Positions 19,375 through 30,234 of a stretch of DNA of 40,039 nt are shown one piece after another. The notes below the pieces were generated by a model, which saw only the letters and a list, made by a program, of their open reading frames with translations, was not told the origin of the DNA and did not search any database. Position numbers and translations under genes: made by a program. Position 1 is the stretch's first letter; each line of letters starts with the position of its first letter. The DNA comes from Candidatus Krumholzibacteriota bacterium (GTDB lineage: Bacteria; Krumholzibacteriota; Krumholzibacteriia; JAJRXK01). The stretch is taken from assembly GCA_963806035.1 (NCBI GenBank), contig CAWDWO010000012.1, positions 1 through 40,039 of the forward strand. The letters run 5' to 3'.

Positions 19375-20265
19375 CTATCGCGTCCAGAGGGCCCGGACGC
19401 TTTCGTGGGCCTCGCGATAGAGCTGGAAGAGATAGTCCAGAATGGCGCTCTTGCCCACGGGTAGTCGAGGACGCAGCGCGTCCACCCTCTTGCCTGCTCT
19501 ATCGCCGGCGGATTCGGCTTCCTCGAGCATGCGCTGGACCACCGGGCGCACCCGGTCATCCTGCCTCAGGATGGCCTCGGAGAAAGCGGAACGCGAGAAT
19601 CCAAATTCTTCCAGCAAGTCAGCGGGCAGAGTGAGGAGTTGCGCGCTCGAGGCTGAATCCTGGCGCAAGTCGCGCACGATGTGCGTGAAGTAGCAGAAGT
19701 GCGCCAGATCGCGCGCTTCCTCCATCACGTCGATTTCGCCCGAGAGGACGAGACGCCCGGGTTCCTCCTCGCGCGCCGCCAGCAAGTAGAGGAAGACTGC
19801 TCCCGGAGCCACCGCGGCGCCCTCGCAATAGTCGAGGAGTTCGTCCCAGCTCGCGAGTTCCTCTTCCAACACGTCGCGCCGCAGGCTCTTCGCCAGCCGC
19901 AGGAAGGGCCCCTCTTCGAGATCGCTTTGGCCGAGACAGTGGTTGAGGGCGGTAAAGACCAGGGGCTCGAAGTCGTCATCCTTCGCCCGGTAATCCGCGC
20001 GCGCCGCGGTCTTCACCTGGGCCTCCCACTGACTCACCCGATCGAGGACGCGCTGGCGGTTTTGTTCACGCTCCTTGGGTGACAGCCGCAGGAACTCCTC
20101 GTCGACCGTGTCGTCCAGAGTTCGCATGCAGGCGTAGGAGCTGAGGAAGAAATCGTAGCGCGTACTCTCCTCGAGTCGTTGTGCGGCATGGTGGAGATGA
20201 TTGGGAGAACGGACCGTCAGCTCTTTGCAGCGTGCAAGGGGGGGAGTGAGAAGGGTGGGATCCAT
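19375..20265 (-). CDS. Squalene/phytoene synthase family protein
   Basis: YACMRTLDDTVD (DDxxD), WDELLDYCEGAAVAPG, THIVRDLRQD and LPADLLEEFG. Confidence 0.82.
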   Translation of the reverse strand: MDPTLLTPPLARCKELTVRSPNHLHHAAQRLEESTRYDFFLSSYACMRTLDDTVDEEFLRLSPKEREQNRQRVLDRVSQWEAQVKTAARADYRAKDDDFEPLVFTALNHCLGQSDLEEGPFLRLAKSLRRDVLEEELASWDELLDYCEGAAVAPGAVFLYLLAAREEEPGRLVLSGEIDVMEEARDLAHFCYFTHIVRDLRQDSASSAQLLTLPADLLEEFGFSRSAFSEAILRQDDRVRPVVQRMLEEAESAGDRAGKRVDALRPRLPVGKSAILDYLFQLYREAHESVRALWTR

Positions 20266-20285
20266 GATCTCCGGCTTTTCTTCCT

Positions 20286-20996
20286 CTAACCGTCGTTGAA
20301 GCGAATGTTCGGCAAGTTGAGAGCCTTGCCCCAGCTTCGACTCACTCGTACCGCGATCTCAGCGGTGGCGACGACGTCGCGCAGGCAGTATTCGACGATC
20401 TCGCGAATCCGGCCTTCCCGAAACGCCGCGCTCACTTGTGCGCCCTTCACTTCGCCCTCTTTGGGGCTCTTTACCCCCAGCGCCTGCGACCAGGCTTCGA
20501 GTCCGTAGGGCCGGGTGGCGCGAAATTGACTCAGCACCTCGGCCAGGTCCATGTGTTCGCGCATGGACGAAAAACGAGGGGGCATCAGGTTACGGCTCAC
20601 CGTCAGCCCGTGGGTCAGAGTGCGTTGCATGAGGAACGGGATGTCGAAGCCGCGGCCATTGTAGCTCACGATACAGCCAAAGCTAGGCACCATTGCCCAG
20701 AACTCTTCGAGGATTTTCTTCTCGTCTCCCCCGACCAGGGTCACCTGCTCGACATGCGTCGTCTTCTCCAGGGATTCGATGGTGCCGTGGCGATCGTCGT
20801 AGAGCATCGCGGCACGCCCGGTTTCGGGGCTGTACATCCCGATCGTGACCACCGAGCCGCCCAGAGCGTAGAGCGCGAGCTTCTCGCGCCAGTCTTCATC
20901 CTCTTCGCTCGCGTCTTTCAGCTTGTCCACCAGGGCGGGTGCGATCTCCTCATCGCTCAGGGAACAAGTCTCGATGTCGATGACACAACTGGCCAT
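20286..20996 (-). CDS. Stand-alone DnaQ-like 3'-5' exonuclease (PolB-exonuclease-related / RNase H-like fold)
   Basis: ExoI VIDIET, ExoII SYNGRGFDIPFL, HMDL and ExoIII YCLRDV (DEDDy type). Confidence 0.88.
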   Translation of the reverse strand: MASCVIDIETCSLSDEEIAPALVDKLKDASEEDEDWREKLALYALGGSVVTIGMYSPETGRAAMLYDDRHGTIESLEKTTHVEQVTLVGGDEKKILEEFWAMVPSFGCIVSYNGRGFDIPFLMQRTLTHGLTVSRNLMPPRFSSMREHMDLAEVLSQFRATRPYGLEAWSQALGVKSPKEGEVKGAQVSAAFREGRIREIVEYCLRDVVATAEIAVRVSRSWGKALNLPNIRFNDG

Positions 20997-21003
20997 GGAA
21001 TGC

Positions 21004-22032
21004 TCAGGGTTGAGGTTTGGGTGCGTGGAATTTGGGGTTGTTGGGCAAATTCTGCAGCCATTCCATGAACAACGCCGCGACTTCGTCGGCCTTCGAGCCC
21101 GCCATGGGAAGATTGCTCAGACCGGCCGGGCCTTCTTTGCTCAGATCCATCTCCTCGATCGAGGCGCCGTTTTCGCTGAGCCAGGACTTGACTGCTTCGC
21201 GATGCGCATCCATTTCTGGCGTGGGATGCGATCCGCGTACCAAGAGTACGGGCCACTCGGCGATGTTCTTGGGATTCTTGATCTCCATCCAGGTTTGAAG
21301 CCCGGTGAGCACCGTGGCCCAATAGGGAGGAGCGTTGTGATCGTATTTCTCCATGAGCGCGCGAAATCCTGCCTCTCCCAGGTCCGAATCCGGGTACAGT
21401 TCTCCATAGCGCGGACCCAAACCCCATTTCACCCATAAATGTTGTTCGAGACTGTCGTCCCAGGACGCAACCTGTTCGGGCGAATCGCTGATCTTCGGCT
21501 GGATCCCCTTGGTTCCAATGGGGTCGACCAGGATGGCGGCCGGAATGGCGTCGGGAGTGGTGGAGCGCAACTTGATGCAAAAGGCCGCGCCCAGCCCCTG
21601 GGCGTAGATGGCGCGCGGTTGGGTGGCGGTACCCAACTTGTAGGTTGCGGCCACGGCGTCCTCGGTCAGTTTGACGATGTCGGGATTGGCTGGCGGTTGT
21701 GCGAGTTCGGTCCCGGGGAGATCGGCCGTGAATACGTTCCAGTGACGATCCGCGAACCAGTAGGCCCAACCGGGCTGTCCATCGACCGTGTTGAAGAAGA
21801 TAGTGGAGTTCAAGTTTTCCGGCGGAAGGAGAGAGAGTCGGCGCCCTTCCGCCAGGCCCCAGAAGAACCCGGTCAGGTGCATGGAGTAGCCATCACCCGT
21901 ATCGAATTCCCAAATCTTGTAGTCCTTGTCCTTCACCTCTCTGCTGTAGTCTATGGCCATGCTCGCGGACGCGAGGCAGCAGAGTAGCGCGCCGGCGAGA
22001 ACGCCGATCCAGGCAATGCGTGCTCGGGACAT
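21004..22032 (-). CDS. Secreted alpha/beta-hydrolase-fold protein (esterase 713-like), apparently lacking catalytic residues
   Basis: Signal peptide MSRARIAWIGVLAGALLCCLASASMA. TVDGQPGWAYWFA...VFTADLPG, AAILVDP, PVLLVRG and G...PM...ADEVA..FMEWL. Confidence 0.7.
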   Translation of the reverse strand: MSRARIAWIGVLAGALLCCLASASMAIDYSREVKDKDYKIWEFDTGDGYSMHLTGFFWGLAEGRRLSLLPPENLNSTIFFNTVDGQPGWAYWFADRHWNVFTADLPGTELAQPPANPDIVKLTEDAVAATYKLGTATQPRAIYAQGLGAAFCIKLRSTTPDAIPAAILVDPIGTKGIQPKISDSPEQVASWDDSLEQHLWVKWGLGPRYGELYPDSDLGEAGFRALMEKYDHNAPPYWATVLTGLQTWMEIKNPKNIAEWPVLLVRGSHPTPEMDAHREAVKSWLSENGASIEEMDLSKEGPAGLSNLPMAGSKADEVAALFMEWLQNLPNNPKFHAPKPQP

Positions 22033-22266
22033 CGATCGGTCTCCTCGAAGCTCGGATTCTTCAATCCCCGTGAGAATGGATGATTCTGGAGCCACAGTCT
22101 AAGCCCTGGAGCCGGTCGCGGCGAGCGGGAATGGCCGATTCGCGGCGTCGCGAGGCCAAGGCCGCACAAAAGTGGGATAGGCGGGAATAGGGCGACCCCC
22201 GTGAGGGTAGATTGAAACAGAGGGCGCAGCGAGCGCACCCGCCGAAAATCCAACCAGGGAGCTGAG

Positions 22267-25200
22267 ATGAACGCCAATGCCAGCCGAAGACCTCGACTGA
22301 AGCTTCTGGGACTGATTCTGCTGCTGGGCGCAGTGGCTCTGCTCGGCGCAAAAAGTCCGTCGGCGGACTCGCGGCAGTCCAGCTCCGGCCGCTCTTCCAT
22401 GAACTTGGCGGCGGCGAACACGCGCGCCGCGCAGTCCGCGGCGAAGTCGCCCGCCGATCTCTATGACGAGGGTCGTGCGAGCTTTGGCGAACAGCGTTAT
22501 CGAGCCGCTCTCGATGCTTTCGAGACCCTGCGTAAGAACGCGCCCGACTGGCGCCCGCGCGAAAGTGAATCGTGGCGTCTGTCGGCCGCTCTGCGATGGG
22601 CGCAGGAGAGTTCGGAGCATGGGGATCTCGATACGCTCGTACTCGAGGCGAAATTGTTTTTGAAGAGCGAAGAAATGGATCGCCCCGGTGCGCGCGTCGC
22701 GGCCGAGATCGTGAGAATCCAGGGTCCCGACGCCGACGGCGGCCAGATTTTCGATGAGGCGGCCACGTACTGGGAGAGCCAGAAAGTCAGCGCGGAGAAC
22801 ACGGCGGCTTACGCGGAATTGTTTCGTGCCGCGCTCGGGGAGCGCACTCGCTGGGTGAATCCGGAGCGCCGCTCCTTGCGCATGTGGCGCAACCTGTACC
22901 GCGCGCCCGCGCCACGCGAAGTCCTCTTCTCGCTGGCGGAGACTCTGCTGAGCGGTCGTCCTCCCAGGCCCATCCCATACGCGGCGGAGCAAATGCCCGC
23001 CCTTTCCGAAGAACTCGATACGCGACAGGAGATCGCGCGCGAGGTCCTGAAACTATCTCCTGAGGACGCGCTGGCCGCGCGCTGTCATCTGGTGCTGGCC
23101 GTCGCGGAGGAGACGGTCGGGCACTACGAAGAGGCCGCGCGCCAGGCCCAACGCGCCGTCGATTTGGGGGAGAACAAGACCGCTGATGCGATTACGGCTC
23201 GGGAAATCTTGCGCCGGCTGCTAACGCCCGCGCTGAGCATCGAGGGCTCCCAGTTGTACCGGCCCGGCTCCTACCACAGCCTGCACATAAAGTGGCGCAA
23301 TCTGCGCAAGTGGCGGCTCGAGCTGCGCCGGGTCGATCCGCTGCAGGATTTGCTCCCCCTCGGCAAGTGGGATCCGCAGAGCAGTCCGGGATTCACCGGG
23401 CCGCGCTACCGCGACGACGCCGGAACGGTGGTCTACGAACTGGAGCGTCAGGACGGTGCGGAGCTCGCCGCGCGCGAGGGCGCAGGCGAAGCGCACGTTC
23501 CGCGCGATACCACGCTCGCGCTCGCGCCCCTGAAGATTGGTCTGTACTGGGCCGTGCTGCGGGGTTCGGGCTTTGCCCCTTCGGTCTCGGCGAGCGCGGA
23601 CACCGCGGGCAACGCGGACGAATGGAAACCCGATGTCTCGCATCTCTTGATTCAGGTCACCGATCTGGGGCTCTTGGCCGAACCGATGTCCAACGGAGAG
23701 ACGGAGTTCTGGCTGACGAAAATGGACGGCAGCCCCTTGAACGGAAGTCCGGAGCTGCTGGTGCGCCGGTACTTCAGCATGCGGGGACGAGAACGGTCCT
23801 CCCAAGAATCCAAGCTTCAACTCGACGATGAAGGATTGGGCCGCATCAAGTCCCTGTCCAAGGATCACTATCAAGAGCAGATCATTGCGGTGGGGGAACT
23901 CCGCGGGCATCCCGTCGTGTTCAACGCGCCCGTCTATTCGCGGGGGCCATCGATCGAACAAACCCCGCAGTGGCGGGGGTTCATCCTCACAGATCGTCCG
24001 CTCTACCGGCCGGGCGAGACGGTGCACCTGCAGGCTCTGCTGCGGCGCGCGAATCTGCCCCAGCGCAAGTTGGAATTGCCCAAACCACGGCAAGTCGAGC
24101 TGGTGGTGCGCGCGCCCGACGGCAGCGAGATCCTGCACGAAAACGAGACCCTCGATGCAAACGGCGCGCTGGAGACGGTCTTTCCTCTGTCTTCGCGCCC
24201 CCCGTTGGGAGCCTATTCGGTCCAAGTACGCTCGGGAGGGACGGGGCTCTGCTACGGGTCTTTCCAGGTCGACGAATACCGTTTGCCCGAATTTCGCGTG
24301 CAAGTGCAGCTCGATCAGGAGCAGCGCTACGTTCTGGGCGATTCTCTCCACGTGAAGGTGTCGGCCGAATATCTCTTCGGCGGAGCGGTGCAGGGCAGCG
24401 CCGAAGTCGTTGTGCGCCGAAGCCCCTACCTCGGAGGCTGGCGACCGACGCCCTTCTACGTCTTGGGATTCCGTAGGGATCGCACACTGCAGCCCTGGCC
24501 TGGCTACGCTGGCGGACAGGAAGTCCTTCGGCAGACGCTCATCCTGAACGAGAAGGGCGAGGCGGAGTTGATTCTTCCCACCGAGGCGCCGGCCGATACG
24601 CCCAACGGCCGCTTCGAGTATTCCGTGGAAGCGCGAGTCACCGACGCCAGTCGCCGAGAAGAGTCGACGACATCAGAGGTGCGTGTGGGTGCGCAGGAGG
24701 TGTACGCCTCCCTGGCGCCGAAGCTCTACGTCGTGGCGCCCGGCGATTCAGCTCGCGTTCGCGTGCACGTGGAAGACCTCATGGGCCGTCCGGCCGCGAT
24801 CGAAGGAGCTTGCACTCTCTGGTTCGTCCGCAGCGACGGCACCCGCGAACAGATACAAGAGAGTGAGCTGAAGGTGGGGGACAGCGGAGAGGTCTGGTAC
24901 GACTTCCAGTCCAAGAAGCCGGGTCGCTACGAAGTACATTTCAGTGCGCAGGATACGCGCGGAAACGCGGTGGAAGCGGAGACCACGGTGTACTGCGCCG
25001 ATCCGCGCGAGAAGCTGCTGGTGGGTGGGGGCACGGGCATCACCCTCATCGCCCAGGAAGACGCGTTCCTGGGGGATGTCGCGCGCGTCTTGCTCGTGAG
25101 CGAGCGTCCTGATGTCTCGGTCCACCTTACCCAGAGCTTCGGAACCGAGATCAAGACCCAGGTTCTGAAGTTGCGCGGGACCGCGCGCCTGCTGGAGATC

Positions 25201-28022
25201 CCTCTCGATGCCGCACACCGGCCGTATTTCTTTCTTCGAGCGATCACCGCGTGGGACTATCGCTTCCAGGAAGCTCAATTGCGCGTGGAAGCTCCCGCAC
25301 CCGAACGGTTCTTGAAGCTGAAGCTCGACTTTGCCTCCGACGACTACCGTCCCGGCGACACCGCGAAGCTCCTCGTGAAGGCGACCGACCTCGAAGGCAG
25401 GCCGGTGCGGACGAGCTTCACGGTGGCGGTGGTGGACGACGCGATCCTGCAGCTCCGTCCGCGACCCGAGTTGGAGTTGGGCCCCATTCTGCAGAATTTC
25501 CCGGTACTCACCCTGCTGCCCTCGACGCTCTCGCCTCAGTCCTACGGTTCGTTCCGCGAGTTCGCGGACGAGGACGACGCGATCGAACCCTTCGCACGTT
25601 CCCCGCGGAGCCCGAGTTCCGAGGGCTTCGCCGTGGCAGGCTCGGCCATCATGCGATCGGGCCGGGCCGCCCAGGGCGTCGATCTGGCGGAGGCTCTTCC
25701 GGACAGTTGGGGCATGGCCAAGGACGCCGCGGCCGAGATGCCCAAGCAGCAGCCCCTGTTCGTGCCCACGTCCACTCCCGCGCAGGCTCCCATCGAATTG
25801 CGCCAGGATTTCCGCAGCACCGCGCTGTGGCGCACCATGGTGACGACCGACGAGGACGGCACCGCCCAACTCGAGGTCTCGCTGCCGGACAACCTCACCA
25901 CCTGGAACGCGTGGGCGCTCGCGCTGGACTCCGAGAACCGCGGCGGTCAGGCCGAGACCGAAACTCACACCCACAAAGAAGTGATGGTGCGTCTGAACCA
26001 CCCGCGGATCTTCCGCGAGGGCGATCGCTTTCACTTCACGGCCACGGTGCACAACGAAAGTGCGACTTCGATCGACGCGCGCCTGCAACTGAAGGCGGAG
26101 GGCCTGGAATTGCAGCAAGAGGATGCACAGGTCCACGTGCCCGCCGATGGGCAAGCCAGCGTGGAGATGGTGGGCGCGGGTGCCCGAAGGCGCCGGGGGG
26201 GGGAGCCGGTGAGTCGCGACGAGGAGAGTCGGCGTGTGGTGGTCGAACCGCGAGCGGGGTCAAGGTCACCGTCGAGGCCCGTGGGCGCAGCGAGGAGGAG
26301 GCGATGCCTTCGTGCGCGAGGTGGAGATCCATCCCTGGGGCACCCCCCTGCGGCTGGTCACCAGCACGCGAGCTGGCGAGGCGGGCGTTCTGCCCTGGAG
26401 CTCCTGGGGGCGACGCCGCGACGATCTCAGTGTGGCGAGCTTTGATCTCGCCTTCCACCAGCGTGCTCTCCGCCTGTGTGGATGCCCTGCCCTATACGGC
26501 GGATTTCCCCTACGGCTGCACCCGAGCAGACCCTGTCCCGCTTCGTGCCCGCGGTGGCGGTGCGCGCGGTGGCGCGGGAGATGGGGGTCAGCAGCGAGCG
26601 CTTCGACCCCGAACTGGATGCCAAGATCTGCGCAGGGTCTGGCCCGCATCGCCCGCATGCAGCATGGCGACGGCGGCTGGGGATGGTGGCCCGAGGACGA
26701 GACACGCACCTCTACTGCATGGCCGCCTACGCGCTGACCTGCGCTCAGCGAGGCGGCGCACACGGCGTGCGGGGGGTGGACGCGCGCTGCTGCGAGGGCG
26801 ACGACGCCCTGCGTGCCCTGCTGCCCTGCAATCGCGGGGACCCCGGACGAACTGGCCTACGCGCTGCACGCCCTGGCCACGAAACCGACCTGGCGCTTCG
26901 CGGGGGAGAGCTGAGGGAGGACGAGACCATGCAACGGCTCTCCAGCGGGGGGTCCGTGCGCGACCCGGGACGAGATCGGCAAGCTCGCCCGGCACCGCTT
27001 CCTATCTATATGTGGCACGGCCGGCTCGAGGACAGGCCGGCTGGTGCTCGCCAAATTGGAGGAGGACGGGGCGGAGGAGAAGACGCCGAGTACGGGAGCG
27101 CGTCCACTGGGGATAGCGCCGTGACTACTCCCGTCGATCCGAGGGGGCGGTGGAGTGCACGGCCTTCGCGCTCCCGTGCCTCCTCAACTGGCACCCGAGC
27201 ATACCCACGTGCGGGCGGCCGCGCCCTGGTTGGTGGCCGATCGGGAGGGCATGCGTTGGGATAGCACCCGATCGAGTCGGCCCATGCGATCTACGCCCTG
27301 TGTGGCTTCGCGAAACAGGGAAAGGTGAACTGGATCCCGATTTCACGCTCATCGCCCGGGTGGGGGGCGGGAATGCTCCGCCTGAAGGTGCAGCACCAGA
27401 ATTCTACCTGATGTGTCCAGGGAGGCGGCTCGTGGCCGGTGGAGATCGATCCCCTGGGGTGGAAGGCAGGCGGAGAGTTGGAGCTGGAGCTGCAGGGGAC
27501 ACGGCTCGATCTACGCCAGCCTGTCCTTCGACACCTGGACCGCGGACGAGGATCAACCGCTCCCACCGAGCACTGGCTTTCCGTGGAACGCGAGTACCTG
27601 AGGCTGGTGCCGGTGCGCAGCTACTGGGGGGGCAGATCCTGAGCTGCGCGAGGAGCTTCTCCCAGTGCGGTTCCCGCGTGGAGAGCGGCGATCGCATCCG
27701 GGTGCGCTCGAAGCTGAAGGCGCACCGCGATCTTGAGTACCTCGAGATCCACGATCCACGCCCCGCGGGCTGTGAGCCGGTGGAACAGCTGAGTGGCTGG
27801 ATGAGGGTCCAATCACTCTCTGGCCGTCGCGGAGGAGTTCGGGACGAGGAGAACACCTTCTTCATCTCGGGGCATGATCCGGGAGGGAGAGCGCGAGGGC
27901 CGCTCAGATCTGCGGGCGGAGACCCCCGGGGTCTCCCGGGTACTCCACCCGCCCTGGTCGGGGGCATGTATCTACCCGACGTGAACGGGACCCTCAGGAC
28001 CTTCGCCCTGGAGATCGAGTAG
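22267..28022 (+). CDS. Bacterial alpha-2-macroglobulin family protein (about 1900 aa; 3' third heavily frameshifted)
   Basis: TDRPLYRPGETV, FQVDEYRLPEF, AEYLFGG, DYRPGD...AVVDDAIL, LRQDFRSTALW, LPDNLTTW, PYGCT-EQ, QHGDGGWGWW, DPRPAGCEP and MYLPDVNG. Ends ALEIE-stop at 28022. Confidence 0.93.
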
Positions 28023-28095
28023 CCGACCACTCCCCCGGGCGGCGGGTGGAAGCCGAGCCCCGCGCGCTTCGGAACGGAGGTCGGGGTCAGCGAGT

Positions 28096-30065
28096 TCAGC
28101 GGCCCTTGAACTCAGGGGGCCGGCGGCCCAGGCGACCTCAGGCCCTCGTAGGCATCCGGTGGCGAAGATCGCCTGGAGGTGGGCCGCTCGGCCACAGGCC
28201 CGCCTCCAGCCTGGCCGCTGACCCTTGGCGATGGTCGCGTCGGTCACTCGGCAGGCCACCGGCGCCTTGGCCGATAGCGCGCCCGCCTTGCCCAGGGAGC
28301 CGCCGCCGGCGCCTTCCCGAGCGCAGCTTGCTCGAGGTCGGCTTCGTCGAAGAATTCTCGCAGGGCCCGCAGCCGATCGTCAGCTTCGGCGTGTGCGGCG
28401 AGCGGGGGCCGGCTGCGCGGCGTGCATCGCCTCGATGCGTCGCAAGGAGGTGTCGGGGGCAAGATGGCGTCGACGAGACCCATCGCCTGCGCCCGGGGCG
28501 CGTCAACCCGTCGCGTGAGCACCAGATAGCGGGCCAGTCTGAGGCCGATGCGACGCGGGGTGCGCTGCGTACCGCCGAGTCCGGGGTAGATGCCGATGCC
28601 CGTCTCGGGGAAGCCCGGGACGCGCTTGGGGGTGGCGAGGATCGGGTCGCGGCAGCGCGAGCTCGAGGCCCCCGCCCAGCGCTCAGGCCGTTAGGCGCGC
28701 GATGACCGGCTTGTCGCTCTCGTCGATGCGGCAGCAGGGCGTGCCCCGTCTCGGTGAACCTGATACGGCGAAGTCCTCTTTTCGATGATTCACGAAGAAA
28801 CGGATGTCCGCGCCGGCGATAAACGCCTTGCCGGCGCCGGCGATGACGATGCCGCGCACGCCTCGCGGCGGTCCACCTCGCGGAACGCCTCGTGGAGCTG
28901 GGCGACGAGGTCCTCGTTCAGCGCGTTCATCGCGTCGGGTCGATTGACGGTGAACTCGCGAGCCCGTCGTCGACTCGGCATTGACCAGGTGGAAACGGAA
29001 CGGTCCGGCTCCGCCAGGAGCCCGAGCGTCCCCGGGTCCGGAAGGCGGGGCCAGCGCCGCGACGCGGCCCGAGCCCGCCCGACGCCGCGCGGTTCATCAG
29101 CTCGAACGGACCCCTGGGCCAGCGCAGACCGACGCGCGCTCCGATGTCGGTGTCCTCGATGGTGCCGACGCCCTCGTCGACCAGCGCCGGCGACGTAAAA
29201 CATGACGCCGAGCATGTGCTCGGCGACCCCGTCGAAGCGCGACGCGTCGGGCTCGCCGTCGAGCGGCCAGAGTTCGCCGGACTCGACCTGCGCGGCGAGC
29301 GGGGGGGCGGGGCGTAGAACGGACCGAGTTGCTCGCCGAGGGTCGTGGCGGCGTGCAGGGCGATCGGCACGCCGGTGACGTTCATCAGCTCGAACGGCCC
29401 CATGCCGACCCCGAAGGCGCCTTGAGCGGCCTCGATGGTGGCGATGCCGGCCGCCGTCCTCGTGCAGGCGGGCCGCCTCGTTGAGCCACGGCACGAAGTA
29501 GCGGTTGACCACGAAGCCGGGGCGTCGGGGGAATCGATCGGCGTCTTGCCGATGGCCTCCATAAGCGCCACGCCTCGGTGGACCGCCTCGGTGCCGTCGT
29601 GGCGGATGACCTCCACCAGGCGGTTCTTCGCCGGGTGGTAGAAGAAGTGCAGCCCGATGACGCGGGCGGCTCGCGGGTGACGGCCGCGAGGTGGCGCACC
29701 AAGAAGGAGCTGGTGTTGGTGGCGAGGCGGATCTGGGGGGCGCAAAGCTGATCGAGCTGGACGAAGAGCTTCTTCTTGATCTCGAGGTCCTCGAAGATGG
29801 CTTCGATGATGAGTCTCGCAATCCGAGCAGGCCTCCAGCTCGCCAGCGGGCGGACACGCGGGAAATCGTCGGCCTGCACCTGAGGAAGATGCGGCGTTCC
29901 ACGGCCTTGGCCAGCAGAGGCCGATTGGTTCCAGTCCACGGTGCACCGTCGCCTGGTCCAGATCCACGAGCACGACCCGGTAGCCCTCCGTGGCGATTTT
30001 CTGGGCGATGCCGCTGCCCATGTTCCCGGCACCGATGACGCCGAATTTGGACCCTGCTGCTCCAT
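28096..30065 (-). CDS. 3-hydroxyacyl-CoA dehydrogenase / enoyl-CoA hydratase fusion (heavily frameshifted)
   Basis: GVIGAGNMGSGIAQ, IIEAIFEDLEIKK, ATNTSS, GLHFFYHPAKNRLVE, PGFVVNRYFVPWLNEA, GMGPFELM; then crotonase motifs NRPDAMNALN, AFIAGAD and FPETGIGIYPGLGGTQR. Ends PEFKGR-stop at about 28096. Confidence 0.9.
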
Positions 30066-30197
30066 CCGGGACTCCCCCCTTGAGATGTCTAGAGCCTTAA
30101 CTCTATGATATTCAATGGACTACGAGACTTGCCCGCCGCTTGCCCCGCATCATTGAATACTGCAAAGGCCCGGATGGGGCCAGCGGAATTCTCCCGC

Positions 30198-30232
30198 TTG
30201 AATCTTCACGGAGAAGTGCGGTATACTTCTCC
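30198..30232 (+). promoter_or_regulatory. Sigma70-like promoter with an overlapping inverted repeat (candidate operator)
   Basis: TTGAAT (30198-30203)-N18-TATACT (30222-30227). Perfect 8-bp inverted repeat GGAGAAGT (30210-30217)/ACTTCTCC (30225-30232). Confidence 0.55.
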
Positions 30233-30234
30233 CG

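Noticed and set aside
13271..20996. Topo VI-like genes as a defence system (Wadjet JetD) or a mobile element
   Set aside because: Both subunits are full-length canonical Top6A and Top6B. There are no SMC/JetABC, integrase or transposase genes and no visible compositional break.
26170..30065. A2M 3' end and HAD-ECH as true pseudogenes
   Set aside because: Indels span two unrelated convergent genes as one block while key motifs persist, which fits sequencing error better.
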